From assembly GCA_902567135.1 (NCBI GenBank), contig CACFLO010000001.1, positions 49,748 to 113,747 on the forward strand: a stretch of 64,000 nucleotides of DNA, given 5' to 3'. This document shows, one piece after another, positions 36,551 to 44,517 of this stretch. Source of the DNA: an uncultured Alphaproteobacteria bacterium. Its GTDB lineage: Bacteria; Pseudomonadota; Alphaproteobacteria; HIMB59; GCA-002718135. Under the pieces are notes generated by a model. That model did not search any database, was not told where the DNA came from, and saw only the letters and a program-made list of their open reading frames with translations. The position numbers and the translations under genes are program-made. Position 1 is the stretch's first letter. The number at the start of each line of letters is the position of its first letter.

Positions 36551-37681
36551 TCAAATTATATTTGAGGCTATTTTAGCACCTTTAACTAGGGAGTCTAATT
36601 TTTCATAACAAATTTTCTCGTCAACTTTTCCAAATCCAGCAAATGTACTAAAACCACAATCTGTACCTGCCATAATCTGATCTTTTGGAACAACACTTGC
36701 AAATTGTCTAAGTCGATCTGAAACAACTTCAGGGTGTTCAACAAAATTCGATGTGGAATCAATAACCCCTGGAACAATAACTTTATCTTTTGGTAATTTA
36801 ATATTCTCAAACACCTTCCATTCATGTGCATGTCTTGGATTTGAAGACTCAATTAACAAGTATTTAGTTTTAGCTTTTAGAACAATTGGTAAAATTTTCT
36901 CCAAACCAACATCAAAAGTATGAGGCCCTTCATAATTACCCCAGCAAATATGAATTCTAATTTGATCCTGTGGAACTGCTGCGAGAGAAGCATTGAGAGC
37001 TTCAATTTGTTTTTCAGCGCGATGTAAAAAACTTTTTTCATCCATATCTTTGAAATTCATATGTCTAGCTAAAGCCAAATCAGGACAATCAATTTGTAAA
37101 TATAAATTTTTTGATGTAATTTTTTCATATTCATCAGACATTATTGAAGAGAGCTTTTCAAGATATTCATCATCATTTTTATAATATTTGTTTGGTAAAA
37201 AAACATTTATAACTCCTGGGGAAGCAGAATTCATAAAGCCGTTTTTATGGTTGTTTGATTTAAGAGCAGATGTAAAATTATTTATATCTTTTAAAAGATC
37301 ACTATTTTTTTTAAGTGACAGCTCTCCAGTACAACAGGGACGGGTGTAAGTAGGCGTTCCACCACTTTTGGCAATTTTTTCTTTATATTCGGGAAATGCA
37401 TCCAAATCAGCAGGGGTTCTTCTTTCACTTTCTCCAGAAAAGCCATTTATTCTCTCTTTGACATAGGTAGCATAACTGATTTTACTCATTTCCCCATCAC
37501 TGATAAAATCAATACCAATATCTAATTGTTTTTTTACAATTTCATGCACATTTTGAGATACTACTTCATCAAACTCATTTAAATTAAAACTTTCTCCCTT
37601 ATCTTTAGTAAAAAGAAATTCAGATAATATTTTTGAACGTGGTAAACTTCCAACATGTGTTGTTAAAATTTTCGTATTCAA
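36551..37681 (-). CDS. Short MetE-like protein (cobalamin-independent methionine synthase II / Zn-dependent alkyltransferase family)
   Basis: 376 aa with THVGSLPR, SDGEMSK, the Zn motif IHICWGNY (His-x-Cys) and AGTDCGF (Cys). Confidence 0.65.
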   Translation of the reverse strand: MNTKILTTHVGSLPRSKILSEFLFTKDKGESFNLNEFDEVVSQNVHEIVKKQLDIGIDFISDGEMSKISYATYVKERINGFSGESERRTPADLDAFPEYKEKIAKSGGTPTYTRPCCTGELSLKKNSDLLKDINNFTSALKSNNHKNGFMNSASPGVINVFLPNKYYKNDDEYLEKLSSIMSDEYEKITSKNLYLQIDCPDLALARHMNFKDMDEKSFLHRAEKQIEALNASLAAVPQDQIRIHICWGNYEGPHTFDVGLEKILPIVLKAKTKYLLIESSNPRHAHEWKVFENIKLPKDKVIVPGVIDSTSNFVEHPEVVSDRLRQFASVVPKDQIMAGTDCGFSTFAGFGKVDEKICYEKLDSLVKGAKIASNII

Positions 37682-37694
37682 TGTTTATCTATCC

Positions 37695-38666
37695 TTAACC
37701 AGTTTTCATTAAAATTTGTTTCCATATTGCAGTTTCATCAAATAAAACCCACTCATTTTTTATACCTCTGGGACCAAATTCTGCATGAGAAATTCCCATT
37801 ACATAAACTTCTGCTTGACTAGAATTGCCAAAATACCCAGGACCAGAGTGAATACCATTTAAAGACCATCTTATCGCTGCTTTTCTATATGCTGCAGGCT
37901 CATCCAGATAACTGACATGTTCAATTTTAAATGTCACTTCAGGAAAGGAAGAAAAAATTGATGACCAAAAAGATTTAACCTCGTCTACTCCATACGCTTT
38001 AAGACCACTAGGTTGTTCTTGATTAATAGATCTGTCATAAAATTTTTCAATACTATCCAAATCCTTTTGAAATATAGTTTTTAATATTTCAGCATATTCA
38101 TAACCAGTGTTATTTTTAGGCAAACTTAACTGGGTATATTTTAAATCTAGAGGTGTATTTTGATTAAAAGGTATAGAGCATTTTGTTACACCACCTTGCT
38201 TATCAATTAATGTTTTAGCATAGGTTTTTGGATCTAAATTTAACTGTCTGACTATTGCTCCCTGATCTCTAACCAACCATTCATCATAAACTTGATTATT
38301 TTTACAAGCACAATCTGCTATAACTCTGTAAGATAGTTTAATTCCTGTGGCTTTTCCGTAAATTCCATCATTTAGATGAGTTGCTTTTGTTAAAATACGA
38401 TGCGAAGATAAATAACCATCATTTTCATTACCTATCCAAATAACATCCTCTCCAAGAAGTTGCCGATCTGGAAATTCGTCAAGCGTAGCATAAGTTGCTT
38501 TTACTACTGTATCAGGTCCGTAGATAACTCCATCAGGAGATCTTACCGGAATTCCCTTTGCATAATACTCTCTAATTGACTCAACATCTTTATCCTCCCA
38601 AATCTGATGGGTAATCTTAAGAATATAATCAGGCAGATCTTTAAATTTTTTATCAAATCCCTGCAT
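37695..38666 (-). CDS. Tandem SnoaL/NTF2-like (ester-cyclase-like) protein
   Basis: 323 aa in two halves, each with the SnoaL-type pattern (..W...D...I..YY......SP.G...G......ATL..FPD..; second half ..FSSFPEVTFKIEHV..). Function unknown. Confidence 0.5.
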   Translation of the reverse strand: MQGFDKKFKDLPDYILKITHQIWEDKDVESIREYYAKGIPVRSPDGVIYGPDTVVKATYATLDEFPDRQLLGEDVIWIGNENDGYLSSHRILTKATHLNDGIYGKATGIKLSYRVIADCACKNNQVYDEWLVRDQGAIVRQLNLDPKTYAKTLIDKQGGVTKCSIPFNQNTPLDLKYTQLSLPKNNTGYEYAEILKTIFQKDLDSIEKFYDRSINQEQPSGLKAYGVDEVKSFWSSIFSSFPEVTFKIEHVSYLDEPAAYRKAAIRWSLNGIHSGPGYFGNSSQAEVYVMGISHAEFGPRGIKNEWVLFDETAIWKQILMKTG

Positions 38667-38670
38667 TAAA

Positions 38671-39642
38671 TTATTTTTTTTGACGAATTATAAAAATACT
38701 ACCCTTATCTCCACTTATATTTTTGAGACTCCTTGAAGAGTTTTTTGGGGGAGAAAAGGCATCTTTAGGGCCTATTTTAACCTTTGATTCATTACATGTA
38801 ATTTCCCACTCACCCTCTAGGCATAAATAAACTTCAGACTCAGGCAAAGTATAAGTATGTATATGTGCATTTTCTCCATGCAATAGGGTAAGCCCAAAAC
38901 CAGTTTTATGATCTATGTTAGGATTAAAATCTTTATTGTGAATATTGAAGCTATCTAAGTAATTTAAAATCGAATTTGAATTATAATGTTCATCATCTAG
39001 AAAATATTTGTTTTGATCTACAGAACGAATAACAAATTTTTCAATCTCTTGTGATGTGTAGTGATCAAATTGATTTAATTCATTTTCTTGCAAGGGTTCA
39101 ATTAATTTTTTTCCATTTGGTATTTCATTTTTATCTAAATCAATTAAAGAGTTATCATCTAGTAAAACCATACCAGTTTCTTTTGCTTTTTTTAATAAAG
39201 ATGGGGTCCAAGTAATCACACCAGGGTCATTTTCACCAAGTACAACAAACATTAAAGCTTGTTGATCACTAACATTTTGAAAACCTCTAAACATGTTAGT
39301 CGGAAAAGAAGCAACATCACCTCTATGCAATACTATTTCCCCTTCTTTGCCATCGGTACCCCAGTAGAAACGCCATGATCCAGAAAAAATTAAAAAAACT
39401 TCAGCAGTTGTATGACTATGTAATCCTGAACCGTTCATTGGGGCTGCACTTACAGCCCCTATATTAAAACCGTGTGCTTCTGCTATTTTGACATTTTGTT
39501 TTGTATCTTCACTAACACCAGGTCCAACTATAGAATAATTTAATCTATCCTGATGACCCTTTAACTTACCTTCTACAAAAGGAATCTTACTGGGAATAAG
39601 ATCATTAAATCTTGCTAAACGTGTATCTATATTTATTGACAT
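38671..39642 (-). CDS. Bicupin protein
   Basis: 323 aa. N-terminal cupin motif GSGLHSHTTAEVFLIFSGSWRF. The second barrel (LLHGENAHIHTYTLPESEVYLCLEGEW) also has His/Glu ligand-like residues. Confidence 0.6.
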   Translation of the reverse strand: MSINIDTRLARFNDLIPSKIPFVEGKLKGHQDRLNYSIVGPGVSEDTKQNVKIAEAHGFNIGAVSAAPMNGSGLHSHTTAEVFLIFSGSWRFYWGTDGKEGEIVLHRGDVASFPTNMFRGFQNVSDQQALMFVVLGENDPGVITWTPSLLKKAKETGMVLLDDNSLIDLDKNEIPNGKKLIEPLQENELNQFDHYTSQEIEKFVIRSVDQNKYFLDDEHYNSNSILNYLDSFNIHNKDFNPNIDHKTGFGLTLLHGENAHIHTYTLPESEVYLCLEGEWEITCNESKVKIGPKDAFSPPKNSSRSLKNISGDKGSIFIIRQKK

Positions 39643-39661
39643 TTTAAGAAAAATTATATTT

Positions 39662-39699
39662 TATTCATTTTTAATGAATAATATTCAAAATATTGAATA
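39662..39699. promoter_or_regulatory. Cluster of four alternating TATTCA/TGAATA half-sites (candidate tandem operators) in a divergent promoter region
   Basis: TATTCA (39662-39667), TGAATA (39675-39680), TATTCA (39682-39687), TGAATA (39694-39699). The central TGAATA-A-TATTCA is a perfect 13-bp palindrome and shares a 14-mer with 35504-35517. Confidence 0.35.
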
Positions 39700-39750
39700 A
39701 ATCAATTTAATATTTTGTCTAAATTGTGAGTAACTGAAATATAAAGAATT

Positions 39751-40842
39751 ATGACAACCATTGAAAATTTTAAAACTGGAATCAAAAAAGAAGGAAGTAC
39801 TGAAGTAATTAATTTAGACCCAAAGATTAATATAGCAAATAAAAAAGAAATAAGAATTCTTTTAAAAAATATAGCAGAATCTAATTTAGAAAATATTAAT
39901 AAAAATATTAATGATGCCTATCATGATGATGCAGAAATAAGGGCTTTTCATCCACTTAATGACTTAAAAGGAGTTTCTGAAATATCAGAAATATTATGGA
40001 AACCACTTATAAATGCATTTCCCGATCTTGAAAGAAGAGATAACCTAATTCTTGGTGGCGCTTTTCAGGATAAAATTTTTGTTTCAACAATAGCTCATTT
40101 AACTGGGACTTTTGTAAATCCATGGCTTAATGTTCCTGCTCATGGCAAAACAATACATTTAAGAATATGTGAAGCACATCAAATTAAAGATAATAAAATC
40201 ATTCAATCACATATTCTAATTGATACATTAGATTTTATTCGTCAAGCCGGTTTATGGCCATTTAACAAATCCTTGGGCACAGAAGGTATGTGGCCTGGGC
40301 CAATAACAGGTGATGGTACAACATTTGAAAATATGGATAATGAATTATCAATCAATTCGATGAATCAAGCTTTAACAATGCAGAGAAGTTTAAATATAAA
40401 ACCAGAAACGGATCCCGGATCAACACCTGAATATGTCAGAGATAAATTACTAAATCATCCTCAAAAAGATTTTTGGCATCCTAAAATGATGTGGTACGGA
40501 CCATGCGGCATTGGTACAGCGAGAGGTTTAAAAGGATTTGTGGATCATCATCAATTACCTTTTAGACTTACATTCAAAGAGAGGGATTACTGGAAAATTG
40601 GTCATTATATAGAGATAGCAGATGGTAATTATTCGATGACATCAGGCTGGCATAGTATCGAATGTATTCATGGTTCAAGTGAATGGCTAGGGTACGAAGC
40701 AACAAATAAGTCATTAACAATGAGAGTAATGGATTTTTATTTGCATCATGAGGGTTTGATAAGAGAAAACTGGGTTCCAATAGATATAGCACACATTTTG
40801 CATCAAATTGGAATTGATGCTTTCAATCTAGTAAAAAAATAA
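39751..40842 (+). CDS. Tandem SnoaL/NTF2-like protein
   Basis: 363 aa. First half ..AFPDLERRDNLILGG..GTF..P..G......RICEAHQIKDNKI; second half ..FWHPKMMWYGPCGIG..GW.S....HGS.WLG....VMDFY....LIRENWVPID. Function unknown. Confidence 0.45.
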   Translation: MTTIENFKTGIKKEGSTEVINLDPKINIANKKEIRILLKNIAESNLENINKNINDAYHDDAEIRAFHPLNDLKGVSEISEILWKPLINAFPDLERRDNLILGGAFQDKIFVSTIAHLTGTFVNPWLNVPAHGKTIHLRICEAHQIKDNKIIQSHILIDTLDFIRQAGLWPFNKSLGTEGMWPGPITGDGTTFENMDNELSINSMNQALTMQRSLNIKPETDPGSTPEYVRDKLLNHPQKDFWHPKMMWYGPCGIGTARGLKGFVDHHQLPFRLTFKERDYWKIGHYIEIADGNYSMTSGWHSIECIHGSSEWLGYEATNKSLTMRVMDFYLHHEGLIRENWVPIDIAHILHQIGIDAFNLVKK

Positions 40843-40903
40843 CAGATTTAATAGATACTATCAGTTAATTATATATACAAAGTAAATTAATTAAGAGAAA
40901 AAA

Positions 40904-42190
40904 ATGACTATTTCATATATCAAAAAAGCAGATAAAACAGCCTCTTCAGATGAAGCAGAAACTCGTAAAAGAGTTCAAGATGTATTAAATGAAATTGAAT
41001 CAAGAAGAGATGAGGGTATAAAAGATATATCTCGTAAATTTGATAATTATGAAGGTGATGTAATTGTTTCTGAAGAAAAAATTGAAGAAGTTATTAAGTC
41101 TCTCGATCAAAAGGTAAAAGATGATGTTCAATTTTCTTATGACAGAGTAAGAAGTTTTGCTGAGCATCAATTAAAACACCTGAATAATGATTTTGAAGTC
41201 GAATTATCACCAGGATTGTTTGCAGGCCAAAAACTGATTCCTGTTAATAGTGTTGGTTGTTATGTTCCTGGTGGTCGTTATAATAATATTGCATCAGCAG
41301 TAATGAGTATTACAACAGCAAAAGTTGCTGGTGTAAAAAATGTTATTGCGGCAAGTCCTCCGAAAGATGAAAATGGGGCTAACCCAATAATTATTTACAC
41401 GGCAAATTTATGTGGTGCTGATGTTATTATGAATATTGGCGGTATTGGAGCAATAGGTGCTTTTGCTTATGGCTGTTTTGGTAATCCTGAAGTTGATATG
41501 ATTGTTGGCCCAGGCAATCAGTATGTTGCTGAAGCAAAAAGAATTTTATACGGGAAAGTAGGAATTGATTTATTTGCAGGACCAACTGAGATAGGAATTA
41601 TAGCTGATCGCACAGCAGATAAAGAAATGATTGCTGTTGATTTAGTAGGACAAGCAGAGCATGGACCGAACTCCCCTGCTTGGCTATATTCCACTGATCA
41701 AAAATTATGTGACTATGTTATTCAAAGAGTACCTGAATTAATTGCTGCACTTCCTGAAACGTCAAGAAATAATGCTGGAGCAGCATGGCGAGATTACGGA
41801 GAAGTTATTCTATGTGATACGAATGAAGAGTTATGTGAGATTAGTGATCAATATGCACCTGAACATTTAGAAGTACAAGCAGAAAATTTGAATTGGTGGC
41901 TTGAAAAATTAAAAAACTATGGATCTTTATTTTTAGGTGAAGAGACAACTGTTGCTTACGGAGATAAATGCTCAGGTACTAATCATATTCTTCCAACAAA
42001 AGGGGCAGCAAAATATACGGGCGGTTTATTTGTTGGTAAGTTTATTAAAACAGTTACTTTCCAGCGTATGTCAAAAGAATCAAATAAAGAAGTTGGTGCA
42101 GCAGCTGCTAGAATTTCTCGGTTAGAAGGAATGGAAGCACACGCTAGAACAGGAGATGCTCGTTTACGAAAATACGGATTTCAAAACTAA
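40904..42190 (+). CDS. Histidinol-dehydrogenase-family NAD-dependent dehydrogenase (candidate sulfopropanediol 3-dehydrogenase, HpsN-like)
   Basis: 428 aa with an intact HisD catalytic set: GQAEHGP (Gln/His Zn ligands), APEHLEV, GDKCSGTNHILPT, MEAHARTG. There is no his-operon context, and the sulfonate neighbourhood suggests an HpsN-like role (inference). Confidence 0.75.
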   Translation: MTISYIKKADKTASSDEAETRKRVQDVLNEIESRRDEGIKDISRKFDNYEGDVIVSEEKIEEVIKSLDQKVKDDVQFSYDRVRSFAEHQLKHLNNDFEVELSPGLFAGQKLIPVNSVGCYVPGGRYNNIASAVMSITTAKVAGVKNVIAASPPKDENGANPIIIYTANLCGADVIMNIGGIGAIGAFAYGCFGNPEVDMIVGPGNQYVAEAKRILYGKVGIDLFAGPTEIGIIADRTADKEMIAVDLVGQAEHGPNSPAWLYSTDQKLCDYVIQRVPELIAALPETSRNNAGAAWRDYGEVILCDTNEELCEISDQYAPEHLEVQAENLNWWLEKLKNYGSLFLGEETTVAYGDKCSGTNHILPTKGAAKYTGGLFVGKFIKTVTFQRMSKESNKEVGAAAARISRLEGMEAHARTGDARLRKYGFQN

Positions 42191-42191
42191 A

Positions 42192-42593
42192 TTATTTATC
42201 TTCTAGCTCACCTTTCTTGCGCATTTCTTTTCTAATATTCGTTGCAGAAATTTTATGTATTTCTGTTCCTAAGTCATGTTCAGTAAATGTGTACCCTACG
42301 CCCCTACCATAGGATATATCAGTAATGTTAGGCACCTTAATCACTACATACTCTTGACCTTCTTTATATCCATGAGTTTTCAGGCCTTCCATTATATTTT
42401 TTTTTACTTCTTCAAATTGGAATGGATTATCTGATTGGCCATCTACACCAGCATCTACTCCACCTACATCACGGTACATAATGCAAACCTGTCCAGTTTT
42501 TTGCAATGCTCTTTTAAATAATTCTGTATGACCATCATGCCAAGGCTGCCAACGTCCAAGCATCTCTACAGTAGGTTTTTTCCAATCAAACAT
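42192..42593 (-). CDS. Minimal HxGH nucleotidyltransferase (cytidylyltransferase-like superfamily, NMNAT-like motifs)
   Basis: 133 aa. GRWQPWHDGH (GRFQPxHxGH-type) near the N-terminus and ISATNIRK (ISxTxxR) near the C-terminus. Overlaps the upstream kinase-like gene by 8 nt. Confidence 0.65.
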   Translation of the reverse strand: MFDWKKPTVEMLGRWQPWHDGHTELFKRALQKTGQVCIMYRDVGGVDAGVDGQSDNPFQFEEVKKNIMEGLKTHGYKEGQEYVVIKVPNITDISYGRGVGYTFTEHDLGTEIHKISATNIRKEMRKKGELEDK

Positions 42594-43080
42594 TTTTAAT
42601 TTTCTTAGCTAACAATTTTATTTCATCATCAGTTAAAAAACTCGTTATGTGCTGGTTAATATTGCTTGGCTCTTCAAACATTTTCGTTGTATCATCAAAT
42701 TTCTTACTAGTCGAAAGAGATTGTGCATCAAATGGAAGATTGTTAATTTCATTAAGTTGATTTAATTTTTCAGTTACAACTCGTCCTGCCTTAATAGTAT
42801 CCATCCAAATAACATAATCAGCATCAAATGCTTTTCTTGCTTTCTCTGTAGGTGCTACAAAGTCACACACAACCCATCTGCCATTATTTTTTTCAAAATC
42901 TGCAAATGTCTTCATTCTATTAGCTTGTCTCATTCTACCTTCGATTTCAAAATCCCAATCATTGGCATATTTACGAACAAAATCAGCATTGTACCAAGCA
43001 CAGTTATCCAAATGCTTTACTAGTCTTTCAGATAACCATGTTTTGCCAGACCCAGGTAAGCCACAAACCAATATTTTCAT
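42586..43080 (-). CDS. APS-kinase-like P-loop protein
   Basis: 164 aa. GLPGSGKT; YNADFVRKYANDWDFEIEGRMRQANRM..NGRWVVCDFVAPT..VIWMDT..FEEPSNINQHI is collinear with the CysC blocks GLSGSGKS, LDGDNVR..DLGFS..DR.ENIRR, FISP, FVDT, YEAPE...H. The lid region is divergent. Confidence 0.55.
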   Translation of the reverse strand: MKILVCGLPGSGKTWLSERLVKHLDNCAWYNADFVRKYANDWDFEIEGRMRQANRMKTFADFEKNNGRWVVCDFVAPTEKARKAFDADYVIWMDTIKAGRVVTEKLNQLNEINNLPFDAQSLSTSKKFDDTTKMFEEPSNINQHITSFLTDDEIKLLAKKIKNV

Positions 43081-43212
43081 AATTATAATGTTATTAAATA
43101 TTTATTTATTTAACGCAATAAATGTTTCATTTTGGTAAAAATTCTTTAAGAACCTATGGAAACATACGAAAACTATCATAAATAATGATTAAATTTTGAG
43201 GAAATATACGGA

Positions 43213-44007
43213 ATGATTTCAACTAATCCCTTTGCAGAATTGTCACTAACCTTCCCTTCCTTTTTAATGCAGTTATTTGTTATCTTGATGATAGTTTTAG
43301 TTATCATTGGCACTGTTATGGATATAATCCATAAAAAAAATGTAAAATATTTTTTTCAAAATGCTAAAAAAGCAAAACTTCAAGCTAAAACAGAAGTTAG
43401 TACGGGCGAAAAAACATCCATAGTTCTAAAAACAGTAGCTCATGAAATATTAACAACTTCTGAATTAGGTGCAGGAAAAAGAAGAGTGGCTCATCTATTA
43501 GGTATGTACGGAACTATTATTTTCTGGATTTCTTCCGTTATTATGATCTTTTGTTATTCGTCAACAAATATAGTTACCCCTACTTACTGGCCAATCTTAT
43601 GGCACATAGGGGCTTTAATGACTTGTCTTGGTGGATACTGGTTTTGGTTTTTTCTAAGAGTCGATGTTGCAGCAGAAGCATATCCTTGGTACCGCATTAT
43701 ACAAGCAGATCTATTTGTTTTGGCACTTATTATTACATCAACCTTAGCTTTGATTTGGTCCTTTTTACAATTCGCAAACATTAAAATTTGGGATAGTTTA
43801 TTTTTAGCTTTATTTGGGCTTTCTAACTTAGTGTTATTTGGGGGTGTGTATTGGTCTAAATTTGCTCATATGTTTTATAAGCCAGGTGCTGCAATACAAA
43901 AGAATTTAGCTGAAGCTGATGGTTCAAGAGATAACCTTCCGCTTCCAGCAGATAAACCAAAACAATTTGGTTTAGGAATTAAAAGAGAAGCACCAAAACA
44001 TTATTAA
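43213..44007 (+). CDS. aprM: Membrane anchor associated with APS reductase (AprM-like, polytopic)
   Basis: 264 aa, about 5-6 TMs with conserved His in helices (RRVAHLLG, WHIGAL, SKFAHMFYKP). Lies immediately upstream of aprB-aprA. Confidence 0.55.
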   Translation: MISTNPFAELSLTFPSFLMQLFVILMIVLVIIGTVMDIIHKKNVKYFFQNAKKAKLQAKTEVSTGEKTSIVLKTVAHEILTTSELGAGKRRVAHLLGMYGTIIFWISSVIMIFCYSSTNIVTPTYWPILWHIGALMTCLGGYWFWFFLRVDVAAEAYPWYRIIQADLFVLALIITSTLALIWSFLQFANIKIWDSLFLALFGLSNLVLFGGVYWSKFAHMFYKPGAAIQKNLAEADGSRDNLPLPADKPKQFGLGIKREAPKHY

Positions 44008-44046
44008 AAATTATGAAAAAAATTAATAAAAAAAGGAAAAAATAAA

Positions 44047-44517
44047 ATGTCAACTTTTGTATATATGACTAAATGTGATGGATGTGGACACTGCGTTGAT
44101 ATTTGTCCATCTGATATAATGCACATCGATAAAACGACTCGTAGAGCTGTTAACATTGAACCCAATATGTGTTGGGAATGTTATTCATGTGTAAAAGCAT
44201 GTCCTAATGAAGCAATTGATGCAAGAGGTTATGCGGACTTTGCTCCAATGGGTCATAGTGTTAGAGTTTTGCGTGAAGAAGAAAAAGGAACAATTTCATG
44301 GAGAATAAAATTTAGAAACGGAACAGAAAAAAACTTTGAATCTCCAATCACTACTAAACCTTGGGGTGAATATATTCCAAAACTAGCAGAAAAAGAATTG
44401 CCAACGAATGAAGAAAAAAATTCTCAACTTCTATATTCAGAACCAAATGGCCTTAATATTGATACAGGTCTTCCAAAAATGAATAAAAGTAAATTCAAAC
44501 AGGGTGTTTATTATTAA
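44047..44517 (+). CDS. aprB: Adenylylsulfate (APS) reductase beta subunit
   Basis: 156 aa. Ferredoxin-type CDGCGHCVDICP and CWECYSCVKACPNEAIDARGY plus an AprB-specific C-terminal tail. Confidence 0.85.
   Translation: MSTFVYMTKCDGCGHCVDICPSDIMHIDKTTRRAVNIEPNMCWECYSCVKACPNEAIDARGYADFAPMGHSVRVLREEEKGTISWRIKFRNGTEKNFESPITTKPWGEYIPKLAEKELPTNEEKNSQLLYSEPNGLNIDTGLPKMNKSKFKQGVYY

Noticed and set aside
32760-37184. ORFs 32760-32960, 35452-35664, 35957-36157, 36595-36852 and 36993-37184
   Set aside because: These are alternative-frame or antisense ORFs nested in the permease, LacI-family and MetE-like genes. 35452-35664 would also run across the regulator start and the candidate operator.
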